From contig JADZCV010000048.1 in NCBI GenBank assembly GCA_020851375.1, positions 14,092 through 78,091 on the forward strand: 64,000 nucleotides of DNA, read 5' to 3'. The notes beneath the pieces were generated by a model. The model had not been told where the DNA came from, did no database searches, and was given only the letters and a program-made list of their open reading frames with translations. Shown piece by piece: positions 18,559-29,624 of this stretch; within the stretch, counting starts at the first letter, position 1; every line of letters begins with the position of its first letter. A program made the translations under genes and the position numbers. The DNA is from Nitrospirota bacterium (GTDB lineage: Bacteria; Nitrospirota; 9FT-COMBO-42-15; HDB-SIOI813).

Positions 18559-20184
18559 AAACATATCTCAGAAATTGCCGCTTCCATAGACCTTGTATCT
18601 CACGAAATTGACAAACACGGCCAATATATAGCAAAGGTCACACCAGCAGGTCTTGAAAAACGATTATCTCCACGACGCGGTAAATACGTCGTCCTTACAG
18701 CCATAACCCCAACCGGCTCAGGAGAAGGAAAAACAACTGTTGCCATAGGCCTTGGCATGGCAATGTGGCGGATCGGCAAAAAAGGGGTCGTCACCCTGCG
18801 ACAGCCGTCATTAGGGCCGCTTTTTGGTATGAAGGGTGGGGGCACAGGCGGAGGAAAGGCCATGCTGCTGCCGCAGGAGACGATAAACCTTGGTCTGACA
18901 GGCGATAACTACAGGGTGAACGCAGCCCACAACCTCCTGAGCTCCTTTGCAGATAATCATATCTACCGTAACAGCCCCATTAATATTGATCCCGCCAGCC
19001 TCTTCTGGCCGCGTACAGTAAATATCAATGACAGGGCGCTTCGTGAAATTATTGTCGGCTCAAATGAAAAGGGCGGAGGATTCCCTCATCCCGGCCGCTT
19101 TGTTCTTACAGAGGCGTCAGAGGTAATGGCAATCCTCTCCCTCTCTTCTACGCTCAAAGACATGAGGGAGCGTCTTGGCAGGATCATAGTCGCCTTAAAT
19201 AAGAACGGCGCCCCTGTGACAGCAGAGGACATAAAGTGTGCAGGGGCAATGGCAGTTATCTTGCGCGATGCACTGCGCCCCAACTTATTACAGACCTCAG
19301 AAGGGACTCCAGCCTTCGTACATACAGGACCGTTCGCAAATATAGCCCCGGGCATAAGTTCACTCATTGCAGATCAGCTCGCGCTATCTCTTGCTGATTA
19401 TGTAATAACAGAGGCGGGCTTCGGCGCTGATCTCGGTTTCGAAAAACTCGTAGACATAAAGTGCCGGTCGGGCAACCTCTATCCTGATTGCGCAGTGGTG
19501 GTTGTTACACTGAAAAGTCTTAAGACGCACGGAGGAAATCCAGACGGTGGACTTGCAGAGATAGACAGGGGAATGTCACATCTCGAAAAACAGATTGAGA
19601 ATGTAAAATATTTTAAAGTGCCCCTTGTTGTTGGTGTTAACAGACACGAGGACGATAAAGGGGATGAGATAAACTATTTGCTCAAATGTATTGAAGCACT
19701 TGGCGTAAGGGCGGTTACGGTGACGCCATGGAAAGATGGCGGGGCAGGGGTGGTTGACCTTGCAAAGGCCGTAGAAGAGATTACCGCAGGGCCCGTCACA
19801 GACACCAGACAGCGACGATTTCTATACGACCTGAATACCCCGGTCGAGGATAAAATTAACACGATAGCCCAAATTATGTATGGCGCAAAAGATGCAGCGT
19901 TCTCTGAAACGGCAATGATAAAATTACAACTGATAAACAGGCTGGGACTCAGCAACCTCCCCGTGTGCATGGCAAAGGTCCACAACTCACTCTCACATAC
20001 ACCTAAACTTTACGGAAGGCCAAAAGGGTTTACACTCCCGGTCGAAGAAATACATATTGCTGCAGGCGCTGGATTTATCTACCCGATCTGTGGAAGGATA
20101 TTTCCCCTCCCGGGCCTGCCATCCAAACCTCTTGGTGAAGAGATGGACATAGATACAGATACCTGGGAGATTCGTGGATTATAA
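18556..20184 (+). CDS. fhs: Formate--tetrahydrofolate ligase
   Basis: 542-aa ORF with a GTG start. It contains the P-loop ITPTGSGEGKTTVAIGL and the conserved FTHS body. Confidence 0.93.
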   Translation: MKHISEIAASIDLVSHEIDKHGQYIAKVTPAGLEKRLSPRRGKYVVLTAITPTGSGEGKTTVAIGLGMAMWRIGKKGVVTLRQPSLGPLFGMKGGGTGGGKAMLLPQETINLGLTGDNYRVNAAHNLLSSFADNHIYRNSPINIDPASLFWPRTVNINDRALREIIVGSNEKGGGFPHPGRFVLTEASEVMAILSLSSTLKDMRERLGRIIVALNKNGAPVTAEDIKCAGAMAVILRDALRPNLLQTSEGTPAFVHTGPFANIAPGISSLIADQLALSLADYVITEAGFGADLGFEKLVDIKCRSGNLYPDCAVVVVTLKSLKTHGGNPDGGLAEIDRGMSHLEKQIENVKYFKVPLVVGVNRHEDDKGDEINYLLKCIEALGVRAVTVTPWKDGGAGVVDLAKAVEEITAGPVTDTRQRRFLYDLNTPVEDKINTIAQIMYGAKDAAFSETAMIKLQLINRLGLSNLPVCMAKVHNSLSHTPKLYGRPKGFTLPVEEIHIAAGAGFIYPICGRIFPLPGLPSKPLGEEMDIDTDTWEIRGL

Positions 20185-21192
20185 ATGATCCGCAATATCG
20201 CTGAATCTCGTCCGCCACTCAGCATGTGCCTTTGACAGGACATCAAGAAACTTGTCCAGCTCATCCTTCCTATCAGAAATCCACTGGTCAACATTTCTCC
20301 AGGACGTCTTCGCAGAACCCTGACTGCCAGTCCCTGCCTCAGCTTCACGCATGGTGAGCTCAATAGCATAATATTGTTTTGACTCCGGACCAGGATAAGA
20401 GGTCTTCCTTACATCCTTTACATCAGCAAACATTATTGAGTACGATTTCTTCCCGCTCTCTCCATTCCTCTGGCAGGTCACCCCTGCATCCGAAACGCTG
20501 CAGCTTTCCTGCCCTCCCTGGGTTGCAAGAGAAAAAGTCCCATATTGCTTGCCGGCCTTCTTAGACTCTTCTATCCTCCTCTGACGCTCTGACTGCAACC
20601 GCCGTCTCGTCTCCTCCTCCTTACCCTTAGCCGCAGCCAACTGTTGCATCTCTTTCTGCTCTTCAGCGATCTCTGCTGCAGTAAGTTGGAAAGGCTCTTC
20701 TGAATAGGCTAATTCCATGCCGTCATAACGCCAGCCATCGTTGTCAGGCATAAATGCCGCATAGCCGCTCCCGCCGGCAACAATAAACCGTTTCCAGAGT
20801 GATGGTACGTCCGGATTATACTTCCACGTAAACTTGGCCTGCTTAAACTTCATACCCATATTCAACTCTTTGATATCTGTAATGCTGATTTTTATATCCG
20901 CATTCTGTGATGAGATTAACACGTCACCAGTAGCGGAATGTTTCAGTGACTTCAGTTTCGCGGCCGTGGCACGGGCCGTTAACTTCCCTTCGGCATCCCA
21001 CATCCCCTGTGCCACGCCCTTCTCAAACCCGCCCTTTTGCAGGCGCAGGTTAAACCTCACATCTTCCTGTGCAATGTGACTGGCGATTTCCTGTTCAGCA
21101 ATCTTTGCGTCAACATCCTTATACCCGGCAAAAGAGGCCGGCGCCCAGACAAGAGACAGGCTCATCAACAATGCAAGAAAGTAAATTATCAT
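20179..21192 (-). CDS. Hypothetical secreted or periplasmic protein with a central charged coiled-coil segment
   Basis: 337-aa ORF with a signal peptide MIIYFLALLMSLSLVWAPASFAG and a coiled-coil EEQKEMQQLAAAKGKEEETRRRLQSERQRRIEESKK. No recognizable catalytic motif. It overlaps the fhs stop convergently. Confidence 0.45.
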   Translation of the reverse strand: MIIYFLALLMSLSLVWAPASFAGYKDVDAKIAEQEIASHIAQEDVRFNLRLQKGGFEKGVAQGMWDAEGKLTARATAAKLKSLKHSATGDVLISSQNADIKISITDIKELNMGMKFKQAKFTWKYNPDVPSLWKRFIVAGGSGYAAFMPDNDGWRYDGMELAYSEEPFQLTAAEIAEEQKEMQQLAAAKGKEEETRRRLQSERQRRIEESKKAGKQYGTFSLATQGGQESCSVSDAGVTCQRNGESGKKSYSIMFADVKDVRKTSYPGPESKQYYAIELTMREAEAGTGSQGSAKTSWRNVDQWISDRKDELDKFLDVLSKAHAEWRTRFSDIADHL

Positions 21193-21249
21193 CGTAAACC
21201 TCCGTATCAGCTTTTCTTCACAGTACCTGGAGTAATATGACAGTTTCCC

Positions 21250-21693
21250 TTACTTTTGTTTTGCCACCCATGCAGCTATTTCTTTATTAAACTTTTTTAA
21301 GATATCCAGCTTGCCTGTAAGGGCCTCGTATACCTTCTTTGAATCAAGGTTCACATATTCATGGATAAGCACATTCCTGAAACCTCCAAAACCTTCAAGT
21401 CCCTTTGACAGCTTCCTGGATATGACCTTCTTGTTTGCAAGTCCCCTGGTAATATCTTCATATTCATCACAGTATTCGGAATACATACTTGAGAGAATAT
21501 GTGCCCCGATATCAAAAACCATTTCTGCCGTAATTATGAATCCACGTTCAACAATCCACTGTGTTTTTATATCAGCCTTGTACTTATTCCATGAAATCCC
21601 CTTGTATTCCTCCAACACCTTCAGTGTCTCATCCATTTTAAGCAGCCGGTCTTCTATAGATTCTTTCCTATACACCATGACGGAGACCCTCAT
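21250..21693 (-). CDS. hepT: HepT-like (DUF86) toxin of a HepT/MntA type VII toxin-antitoxin pair
   Basis: 147-aa ORF with the R-x4-HxY motif in GGFRNVLIHEYVNLD near the C-terminus. It lies downstream of, and overlaps, the mntA gene. Confidence 0.78.
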   Translation of the reverse strand: MRVSVMVYRKESIEDRLLKMDETLKVLEEYKGISWNKYKADIKTQWIVERGFIITAEMVFDIGAHILSSMYSEYCDEYEDITRGLANKKVISRKLSKGLEGFGGFRNVLIHEYVNLDSKKVYEALTGKLDILKKFNKEIAAWVAKQK

Positions 21694-22072
21694 GCATGTT
21701 CCTGAGATAAATACGTCTCAGGTGTTTTTTATCCATATATGTCTGCCATGTCTTTAACTCAAAGTCATTCAGCAGGTCTTCATTCTTAAAATAAATAACC
21801 CTGCCTTCTCTTATTATCTGGTACCTGAAGGATGCAGGTTTATCGCTCATCGTGACAAGGTCAATCTTCTCCGTTCCCAGTGCTTTTGTTATCCTGGCCC
21901 ATAATTTACAATATCTATCAAGTGTAAGCTTCGGGGCATAGATGGCAATATCAATGTCAGAGGTCTTCCTTGCCTTTCCTGCAACGTGAGAACCAAAGAG
22001 ATAGGCAATCTCTACATCCTGAAATTCCTGCCAGATGGATGTGAGTTCCTTATTAATCTTTCGTATATTCAT
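21668..22072 (-). CDS. mntA: MntA-like minimal nucleotidyltransferase antitoxin
   Basis: 134-aa ORF. LFGSHVAGKARKTSDIDIAIY contains the GS-x9-DxD nucleotidyltransferase motif. Its last 26 nt overlap the hepT start. Confidence 0.78.
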   Translation of the reverse strand: MNIRKINKELTSIWQEFQDVEIAYLFGSHVAGKARKTSDIDIAIYAPKLTLDRYCKLWARITKALGTEKIDLVTMSDKPASFRYQIIREGRVIYFKNEDLLNDFELKTWQTYMDKKHLRRIYLRNMHEGLRHGV

Positions 22073-22149
22073 CAGATTGCCCTTGCCGTTAATGTAACAT
22101 TATACTAAGAATTCCCACGAAGTATAAAGACATTTATTTAACTTGATAA

Positions 22150-22296
22150 TTCCCTGTAGCTTGCTACAGGTTTTCCTGTCATTCCCACGAAAGTGGGAAT
22201 CCAGTTTTTGCTTTGATCTGGATTCCTGCTTACGCAGGAATGACGTTGAAGTTGCTTAGATACCCTGCAGCTTGCTGCAGGGTTCTTCATTCAGTA
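22150..22296 (-). repeat. Divergent family-B-like element (B3) bracketed by twin hairpins
   Basis: The core is gtcattcccacgaaagtgggaatccagtttttgctttgatctggattcctgcttacgcaggaatgacg (cf. the 25.2-kb unit). It is flanked by ccctgtagcttgctacagg (22152-22170) and ccctgcagcttgctgcaggg (22263-22282). Confidence 0.6.
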
Positions 22297-23196
22297 TTAC
22301 TTGATCTTCAGGGCCTCCCTGTACACCTTGTTTCTTGGAAGATTCATATCTTTTGATGCCCGTGTTACTGCATCCTTTAAACTGAGTCCTTCCTTCTTCA
22401 TCAGCATTTCGAGACAAGACCTCAGGTCTGAAATGTCTGTAACAGTTTCTTCCTGCGCACCTTCTATTATGATGGTGATCTCACCCTTCAGGCTCCTCCC
22501 CATGATCTTTTCCATAACACCTGAAACCCTGTCCCGTATGACCTCTTCAAACATCTTGGTAAGCTCCCGTGTCAGGACAATCTTTCTGTCGCCCAGGATT
22601 TCGAAGATATCTTCAAGCGTTGAAGACGCCCGCCGGGGCGTTTCAAATATAATGATAGTGCGCCTTTCCGATGACAGCTCCTTTAGCCTTTTCTGACGTG
22701 CCGCACTTTTAGAAGGAAGGAAGCCTTCAAAGACAAAGGCATCTGTTGGAAGGCCTGAGATTGAGAGGGCGGCAATGGATGCCGTGGGGCCGGGGATCGG
22801 CGTTATCTTTATGTTTTCTTCTATAGCCCTGTTGATGAGGTAGTATCCTGGATCTGATATGCCTGGAGTTCCAGCGTCAGACACCAACGCAATGTCATGT
22901 CCTTCTTTTAATTTGGCTATGAGTATTTCAGACTTTTCTTCCTTATTGTGGTCATGATAACTTGTTTGCGGTGTGTGTATGTCGTAGTGGTGAAGTAATT
23001 TCTGCGTATGGCGGGTGTCTTCAGCGGCTATTAGTCTGACGCTTCCCAGGACCTTCAATGCCCGGAGCGTTATATCCTCCAGATTGCCGATTGGCGTGCT
23101 GACAATGTATAGGATACCTTTACCTGTATTATTCAACCTCACCCTTATCCAGGATAGCGATATGCGGCAGGTTCCTGTATTTATCCTGGTAGTCAA
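22297..23196 (-). CDS. rsmI: 16S rRNA (cytidine1402-2'-O)-methyltransferase
   Basis: Contains ILYIVSTPIGNLEDITLRALKVL, the tetrapyrrole-methylase fold signature of RsmI. The true start is probably internal to the 299-aa ORF, around ...GKGILYIV. Confidence 0.82.
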   Translation of the reverse strand: MTTRINTGTCRISLSWIRVRLNNTGKGILYIVSTPIGNLEDITLRALKVLGSVRLIAAEDTRHTQKLLHHYDIHTPQTSYHDHNKEEKSEILIAKLKEGHDIALVSDAGTPGISDPGYYLINRAIEENIKITPIPGPTASIAALSISGLPTDAFVFEGFLPSKSAARQKRLKELSSERRTIIIFETPRRASSTLEDIFEILGDRKIVLTRELTKMFEEVIRDRVSGVMEKIMGRSLKGEITIIIEGAQEETVTDISDLRSCLEMLMKKEGLSLKDAVTRASKDMNLPRNKVYREALKIK

Positions 23197-23665
23197 GGCC
23201 GTAGCCGATTATGAATTTATTAGGAATAGTAAAACCGAGATATTCTATTGGCACTGAATGTTTTCTTCTTTCGGCCTTGTCAAGGAGGACGCAAAGTTTT
23301 AAAGAGTCAGGGTTTTTTGCCAGAAGCGCCTTGTAAATATAATCAAGCGTCAATCCTGAATCAATAATATCCTCAACAAGCAGCACATCTTTACCTTCTA
23401 TAGGTGTGGTCAGCTCCTGTACAATATTTACTGCGCCGCAGGAGGTAGACCTTTCTTTGTAACTCGATACCATCATGAAGTCCACCATAACAGGCAATTG
23501 GATGTTTCTCACGAGATCGGCAAAAAAGGTGTAGGCGCCCTTAAGCAAACATATCATCAGCAGGTCTTTACCGTCATAATCTGCGGTAATCTTTGCCCCA
23601 AGTTCTCTGACCCTCTTTTCTATCTCCCTCTGCGTAATGAGTGGTTTGCCGTAAATGCGTTCCAT
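23129..23665 (-). CDS. hpt: Hypoxanthine phosphoribosyltransferase
   Basis: 178-aa ORF containing the PRPP-binding motif VLLVEDIIDSGLTL. Confidence 0.88.
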   Translation of the reverse strand: MERIYGKPLITQREIEKRVRELGAKITADYDGKDLLMICLLKGAYTFFADLVRNIQLPVMVDFMMVSSYKERSTSCGAVNIVQELTTPIEGKDVLLVEDIIDSGLTLDYIYKALLAKNPDSLKLCVLLDKAERRKHSVPIEYLGFTIPNKFIIGYGLDYQDKYRNLPHIAILDKGEVE

Positions 23666-23738
23666 GCCTTCCTTCCTTTCTTATTTGATGATACACTTGA
23701 CTGGGCAACTTCAAGCCGGCCATAAAGGCCGGCGCTGC

Positions 23739-25160
23739 TTACGCCGCAATCCTTACAACTTTCACCTCAAGTATCTTTTTCGTTTCAGTGGTTACCCGGA
23801 ACCTCTCATCACCCCTGTATCCGGCAATCCACATAATCCCTTCCGGAGAGGTCAGAAGCGGTATCCTGTCTCTCTCTCTTCGGGATATTTTTAAATCAAT
23901 AAAATACTCCTTTATCTTTTTCTTCTTCCCCCCCATTCCCTGCGGGCAGAAGAAGTCGCCGTCCCTCCGGTTTCTGATGACCAGCGGTTCAGAGAATTTA
24001 CTCATATCAAACAAGGCAGCGCTTCTTCCGGCCTCTGTCGCATCAGTCAATCCTTCCTTCAGAACAGGGGAGGTCCGGATAGTTGTGTTAATTTTCATTC
24101 CAGCTTCCGGTACAATAGTATCCCCCGGCACCCTTACTGTATATGCATACTGAGGGGTTGATGTCACTGCTGACCTTAAATATATGCTGAATACATCTCC
24201 TCTTCTCTCAGCCGCGACACCCGCAGGAAAATCAATCTCCCCGGCCCTGTCATTTTGCAGCAGTGCGAGCGCCTCCTCTACATGCCTGCAGGAGAGGGCA
24301 ATACCCTCTGCCCCTTTAACAGCCTCTACAGCAAACCGTACGAGTCTCCTCTTCACCGGCTCCTCACAGGAGTCAAACCTTTTCACATCAAACTTTATCA
24401 TGCCTTCTGACTCATTTATTACCATATCCCGGAATATTTTTCTAACATAATTATCAAGAAATACATCCTCATCTCTTAAAATATTCAGACTCCTGACAAG
24501 TGTATCCATTATATTCGGATTATATTCCTTCGCAAGATGAGGTATAAGTTCCAGACGGATCTTATTTCTCAGATAAACAGGGGTCAGGTTTGATGAGTCA
24601 ATCCTGCAGTGGATATCATTTTCTGATAAATACTCTTTGATCTCTTCACGAAAGACCCCGATAAGGGGCCGTATTATCTTGTCCCTCACAGGCGGGATAC
24701 CGGAAAGGCCGTGAGACCCGGCCCCCCTGAGGAGACGCATCAGGAATGTCTCTGCCTGATCATCCGCTGTATGGCCAAGGGCAATCCTGTCTGCGCCGGT
24801 TTTGTCAGCGGCTAAACCAAAGAATCTGTAGCGCACCTCGCGTGCAGCCTCCTGTTTTGATATACGATACTCCCTGGCATATGCCGGAGTATCTGAATAC
24901 TCTGCAATTACCGGAACCCCGAGCGTCTTACCCATATCCTGGACAAACCTTGAATCTTCCTCTGCCTCTTCCCCGCGAAATCCGTGATTGAGATGAGCAA
25001 TATGAAGGGTGAGGTCATATTCATCCTGCAATTCTTTTAACAGATGAAGGAGACAGACAGAGTCAGGGCCGGAGGAAACACCGATGAGCACGGTATCTCC
25101 TTTTGCAAGCATATCATGGTGCCTGATAGTATCCCGGACTTTTTTTATTAACATGGTCAT
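23739..25160 (-). CDS. tilS: tRNA(Ile)-lysidine synthetase
   Basis: 473-aa ORF with the PP-loop IGVSSGPDSVCLLHLL and a C-terminal TilS substrate domain. Confidence 0.88.
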   Translation of the reverse strand: MTMLIKKVRDTIRHHDMLAKGDTVLIGVSSGPDSVCLLHLLKELQDEYDLTLHIAHLNHGFRGEEAEEDSRFVQDMGKTLGVPVIAEYSDTPAYAREYRISKQEAAREVRYRFFGLAADKTGADRIALGHTADDQAETFLMRLLRGAGSHGLSGIPPVRDKIIRPLIGVFREEIKEYLSENDIHCRIDSSNLTPVYLRNKIRLELIPHLAKEYNPNIMDTLVRSLNILRDEDVFLDNYVRKIFRDMVINESEGMIKFDVKRFDSCEEPVKRRLVRFAVEAVKGAEGIALSCRHVEEALALLQNDRAGEIDFPAGVAAERRGDVFSIYLRSAVTSTPQYAYTVRVPGDTIVPEAGMKINTTIRTSPVLKEGLTDATEAGRSAALFDMSKFSEPLVIRNRRDGDFFCPQGMGGKKKKIKEYFIDLKISRRERDRIPLLTSPEGIMWIAGYRGDERFRVTTETKKILEVKVVRIAA

Positions 25161-25161
25161 C

Positions 25162-25782
25162 CGAAAATGTTCCTATGTACCAGTCATTCCCACGGAACCT
25201 GTCCCCGCAGGATTTTTCACCCGTCATTCCCACGCAAGTGGGAATCCAGAACCAGGCCCCGGTCTGGATTCCCGCTTACGCGGGAATGACGTTTTTCATG
25301 ACCCCTTGTGAGCCCAGAGCTGTGAGCTTGTTGAACAGTCGAAGGGCCCATGACGGTTCACCTGAAAATGCTCCAAAGTACCCGTCATTCCCACGGAACC
25401 TGTCCCCGCAAGATTTTTCACCCGTCATTCCCACGTAAGTGGGAATCCAGAACCAGGCCATCGGTCTGGATTCCCGCTTACGCGGGAATGACGTTTTTCA
25501 TGACCCCTTGCGAGCCCAGAGCTGTGAGCTTGTCGAACAGTCGAAGGGCTCATGACGGTTCACCTGAAAATGCTCCTGTGTACCCGTCATTCCCACAGAA
25601 CCTGTCCCCGCAGGATTTTTCACCCGTCAGTCCCACGTAAGTGGGAATCCAGAACCAGGCCCCGGTCTGGATTCCCGCTTACGCGGGAATGACGTTTTTC
25701 ATGACCCCTTGCGAGCCCAGAGCTGTGAGCTTGTTGAACAGTCGAAGGGCCCATGACGGTTCACCTGAAAATCACTGCAGCT
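25162..25782 (-). repeat. Family-B repeat array (B4): three tandem units of about 201 bp between the ribF stop and the tilS start
   Basis: The unit ...acccgtcattcccacggaacctgtccccgcaggatttttcacccgtcattcccacgcaagtgggaatccagaaccaggccccggtctggattcccgcttacgcgggaatgacgtttttcatgaccccttg(t/c)gagcccagagctgtgagcttgt(t/c)gaacagtcgaagggc(c/t)catgacggttcacctgaaaat... is repeated at about 25178, 25380 and 25582 with a few SNPs. The ORF-track peptides across it are spurious. Confidence 0.88.
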
Positions 25783-26701
25783 TCGTCAGGACTGCCCTTG
25801 CATCCTCTACATCCTTCGTAATCTGCAATATCAACTCTTCCTTATCCCCGAACTTTTTTTCCTCTCTGATCATCCTGATAAACTGGACTGTCAGGTGCTC
25901 ATGGTAGAGCTGTCCGCTGAAGTCAAACAGGTATACCTCTATGCCGATCCTCTCCCCGGCAAATGTCGGCTGATTACCTATGTAGCATGCGCCCTCCAGG
26001 ATCATCTGACCCCGTAGTACCCTGACAGCATAAATCCCGTTTTGGGGAATAGCCTCATCAACCGTATAGATGTTTGCAGTAGGGTAGCCCAGCAGCATCC
26101 CGCGGTGATGCCCAGGCATAACGACCCCATCAACGGAATAATATCTTCCTAAAAGCCCGGCCGCAGTGTCAACCTCACCTTTCAAGAGGAGCTCACGGAT
26201 CCATGAACTGCTGACCCTCTTCCCTTCGATTACTACCGGCTCTGCCTCTTCGACCTCAAAACCGAGCATCTTTCCCTTTTGACGAAGATACGGGACATCC
26301 CCTGACTGACCTTTTCCAAATTTATAATTGGCCCCTACAATAATGACCCGGGCACCTATCTTGTTGCAGAGAAGGTCCTCTGCAAATTCATCCGGGGATT
26401 TGCCGGCAAACTCAGGCGTAAATTCAATGCAAATAACGATGTTTATTCCAAATGACTGAAAAAGTTCAATCTTTTCCTGGAGAGATATCAATTGACGGGG
26501 CGCCTTATCCGGCCTTAATACCTTGGCCGGATGAGGCTCAAACGTAATGACAACGCTGACAGCTCCTGTTTCAGACGCACGCCTGACCACCCTTTGCAGG
26601 AGCTCCTGATGGCCAAGATGAACTCCATCAAAGTTTCCAATAGTCACAACCGTATTGGTGAGACCTTTTGGAATGGCGGCAATGCCCCTGATGATATTCA
26701 A
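25772..26701 (-). CDS. ribF: Bifunctional riboflavin kinase / FMN adenylyltransferase
   Basis: 309-aa ORF with the N-terminal FAD-synthetase motif GNFDGVHLGHQ and a C-terminal riboflavin kinase domain. Confidence 0.9.
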   Translation of the reverse strand: MNIIRGIAAIPKGLTNTVVTIGNFDGVHLGHQELLQRVVRRASETGAVSVVITFEPHPAKVLRPDKAPRQLISLQEKIELFQSFGINIVICIEFTPEFAGKSPDEFAEDLLCNKIGARVIIVGANYKFGKGQSGDVPYLRQKGKMLGFEVEEAEPVVIEGKRVSSSWIRELLLKGEVDTAAGLLGRYYSVDGVVMPGHHRGMLLGYPTANIYTVDEAIPQNGIYAVRVLRGQMILEGACYIGNQPTFAGERIGIEVYLFDFSGQLYHEHLTVQFIRMIREEKKFGDKEELILQITKDVEDARAVLTKLQ

Positions 26702-26705
26702 TTAA

Positions 26706-28569
<1,864 letters not shown>

Positions 28570-28574
28570 ATTCA

Positions 28575-28696
28575 CACAAAAATCTCCAATCAAATCCCCC
28601 ATCCCCCCTTTAGTAAAGGGGGGAACTAATATCCCCCTTTTATATAGAAAGGAATTATTCTCCCCCTTTGAAAAAGGGGGACTAAGGGGGATTTAA
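28575..28696 (-). repeat. Family-A repeat (A3) between the hemC stop and the hemD start
   Basis: The reverse complement reads aaatccccc ttagt ccccc tttttcaaa ggggg ... cccccc tttactaaa gggggg at gggggatttgattGGAGAtttttgtgtgaat(ATG). Confidence 0.8.
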
Positions 28697-29622
28697 TTCC
28701 GAATTCCGTATACTTCCTGCAGAATTTCCTGCCCCCCCTGCGCCAACAGGCTTTCTGCAAGGGCTATCCCTGCATCCTCAGGATTATCAGCCGTCCCTGA
28801 CCTCTTTTCCCTTACCATCCTGCGTCCATCAACAGACGCAACAAACCCTTCGATTGCAATACCATCACCCTTCATTGTTGCGTAAGCGCCTATGGGAACC
28901 TGGCATCCGCCTTCGAGCCTTTTCAAAAAGGCCCTCTCTGCCCGAACACAGATGTTTGTCTCCATGTGATCAAGCGGTCTGATTATATCAAGTGTATCGC
29001 CGTCAGATTCTCTGCACTCTATACAAAGCGCTCCCTGTCCAATAGCAGGTACGCTGGTTGTTTCCGGCAGGTATTCTGTAATCCTGTCTGCCCATCCAAG
29101 CCTTCGGATGCCTGCTGCGGCAAGAATAATGGCATCAAACTCACCAGCCTCGAGTTTTTTTATCCTCGTGTCAAGATTCCCCCTGAGCGGATGGATAACA
29201 ATATCAGGTCTCTGGTTAAGCAGCTGGGAAATCCTCCTGAGGCTGCTCGTACCTATACGTGCGCCGTGCCTGAGGTGTAAAAATCCACTCCCGTCCCTGG
29301 ACAGCAGGGCATCCCTCGGATCTTCACGCTCCGGGATGGCGCCTATGCAAAGTCCTTCAGGGAGGATGGCAGGGACATCCTTCATACTATGAACGGCTAT
29401 ATCAATGTCATTCCGTAAAAGGGCGTCTTCGATCTCTTTCACAAAAAGCCCCTTGCCTCCTACCTTTGCAAGCGGGACATCGAGTATCTTATCACCTGTG
29501 GTCTTTATCTTCTGTATAGTAACAGTGATGCCTGCATAACGGGCCTCAAGCTCTGACTTTATATGCTCTGCCTGCCATATGGCAAGTTTGCTTCCCCTGC
29601 TGCCGATCCTGATTTCTTTCAC
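28693..29622 (-). CDS. hemC: Hydroxymethylbilane synthase (porphobilinogen deaminase)
   Basis: 309-aa ORF with a GTG start, beginning MKEIRIGSRGSKLAIWQAEHIK, the typical HemC N-terminus. Confidence 0.9.
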   Translation of the reverse strand: MKEIRIGSRGSKLAIWQAEHIKSELEARYAGITVTIQKIKTTGDKILDVPLAKVGGKGLFVKEIEDALLRNDIDIAVHSMKDVPAILPEGLCIGAIPEREDPRDALLSRDGSGFLHLRHGARIGTSSLRRISQLLNQRPDIVIHPLRGNLDTRIKKLEAGEFDAIILAAAGIRRLGWADRITEYLPETTSVPAIGQGALCIECRESDGDTLDIIRPLDHMETNICVRAERAFLKRLEGGCQVPIGAYATMKGDGIAIEGFVASVDGRRMVREKRSGTADNPEDAGIALAESLLAQGGQEILQEVYGIRN

Positions 29623-29624
29623 TC

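Noticed and set aside
25162-25782. Possible CRISPR array, given regularly spaced repeats with ATTCCC...GGGAAT palindromes
   Set aside because: The whole unit of about 201 bp, including what would be spacers, repeats identically. There are no unique spacers, and units are far longer than CRISPR repeat-plus-spacer periodicity with internal multi-hairpins. No cas genes are present in the window. The same unit is dispersed as single copies at five other loci.
25175-25907. ORF-track peptides across repeat loci (also 18253-18634, 29563-29751, 55906-56191) such as ...RAHDGSPENAPKYPSFPRNLSPQDFSPVIPT... and MGIQNQAPVWIPAYAGMTFFMTPCEPRAVSL
   Set aside because: They are translations of the family-B repeat in several frames and strands. 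They recur only because the DNA recurs, and they have no start/RBS context or coding periodicity.
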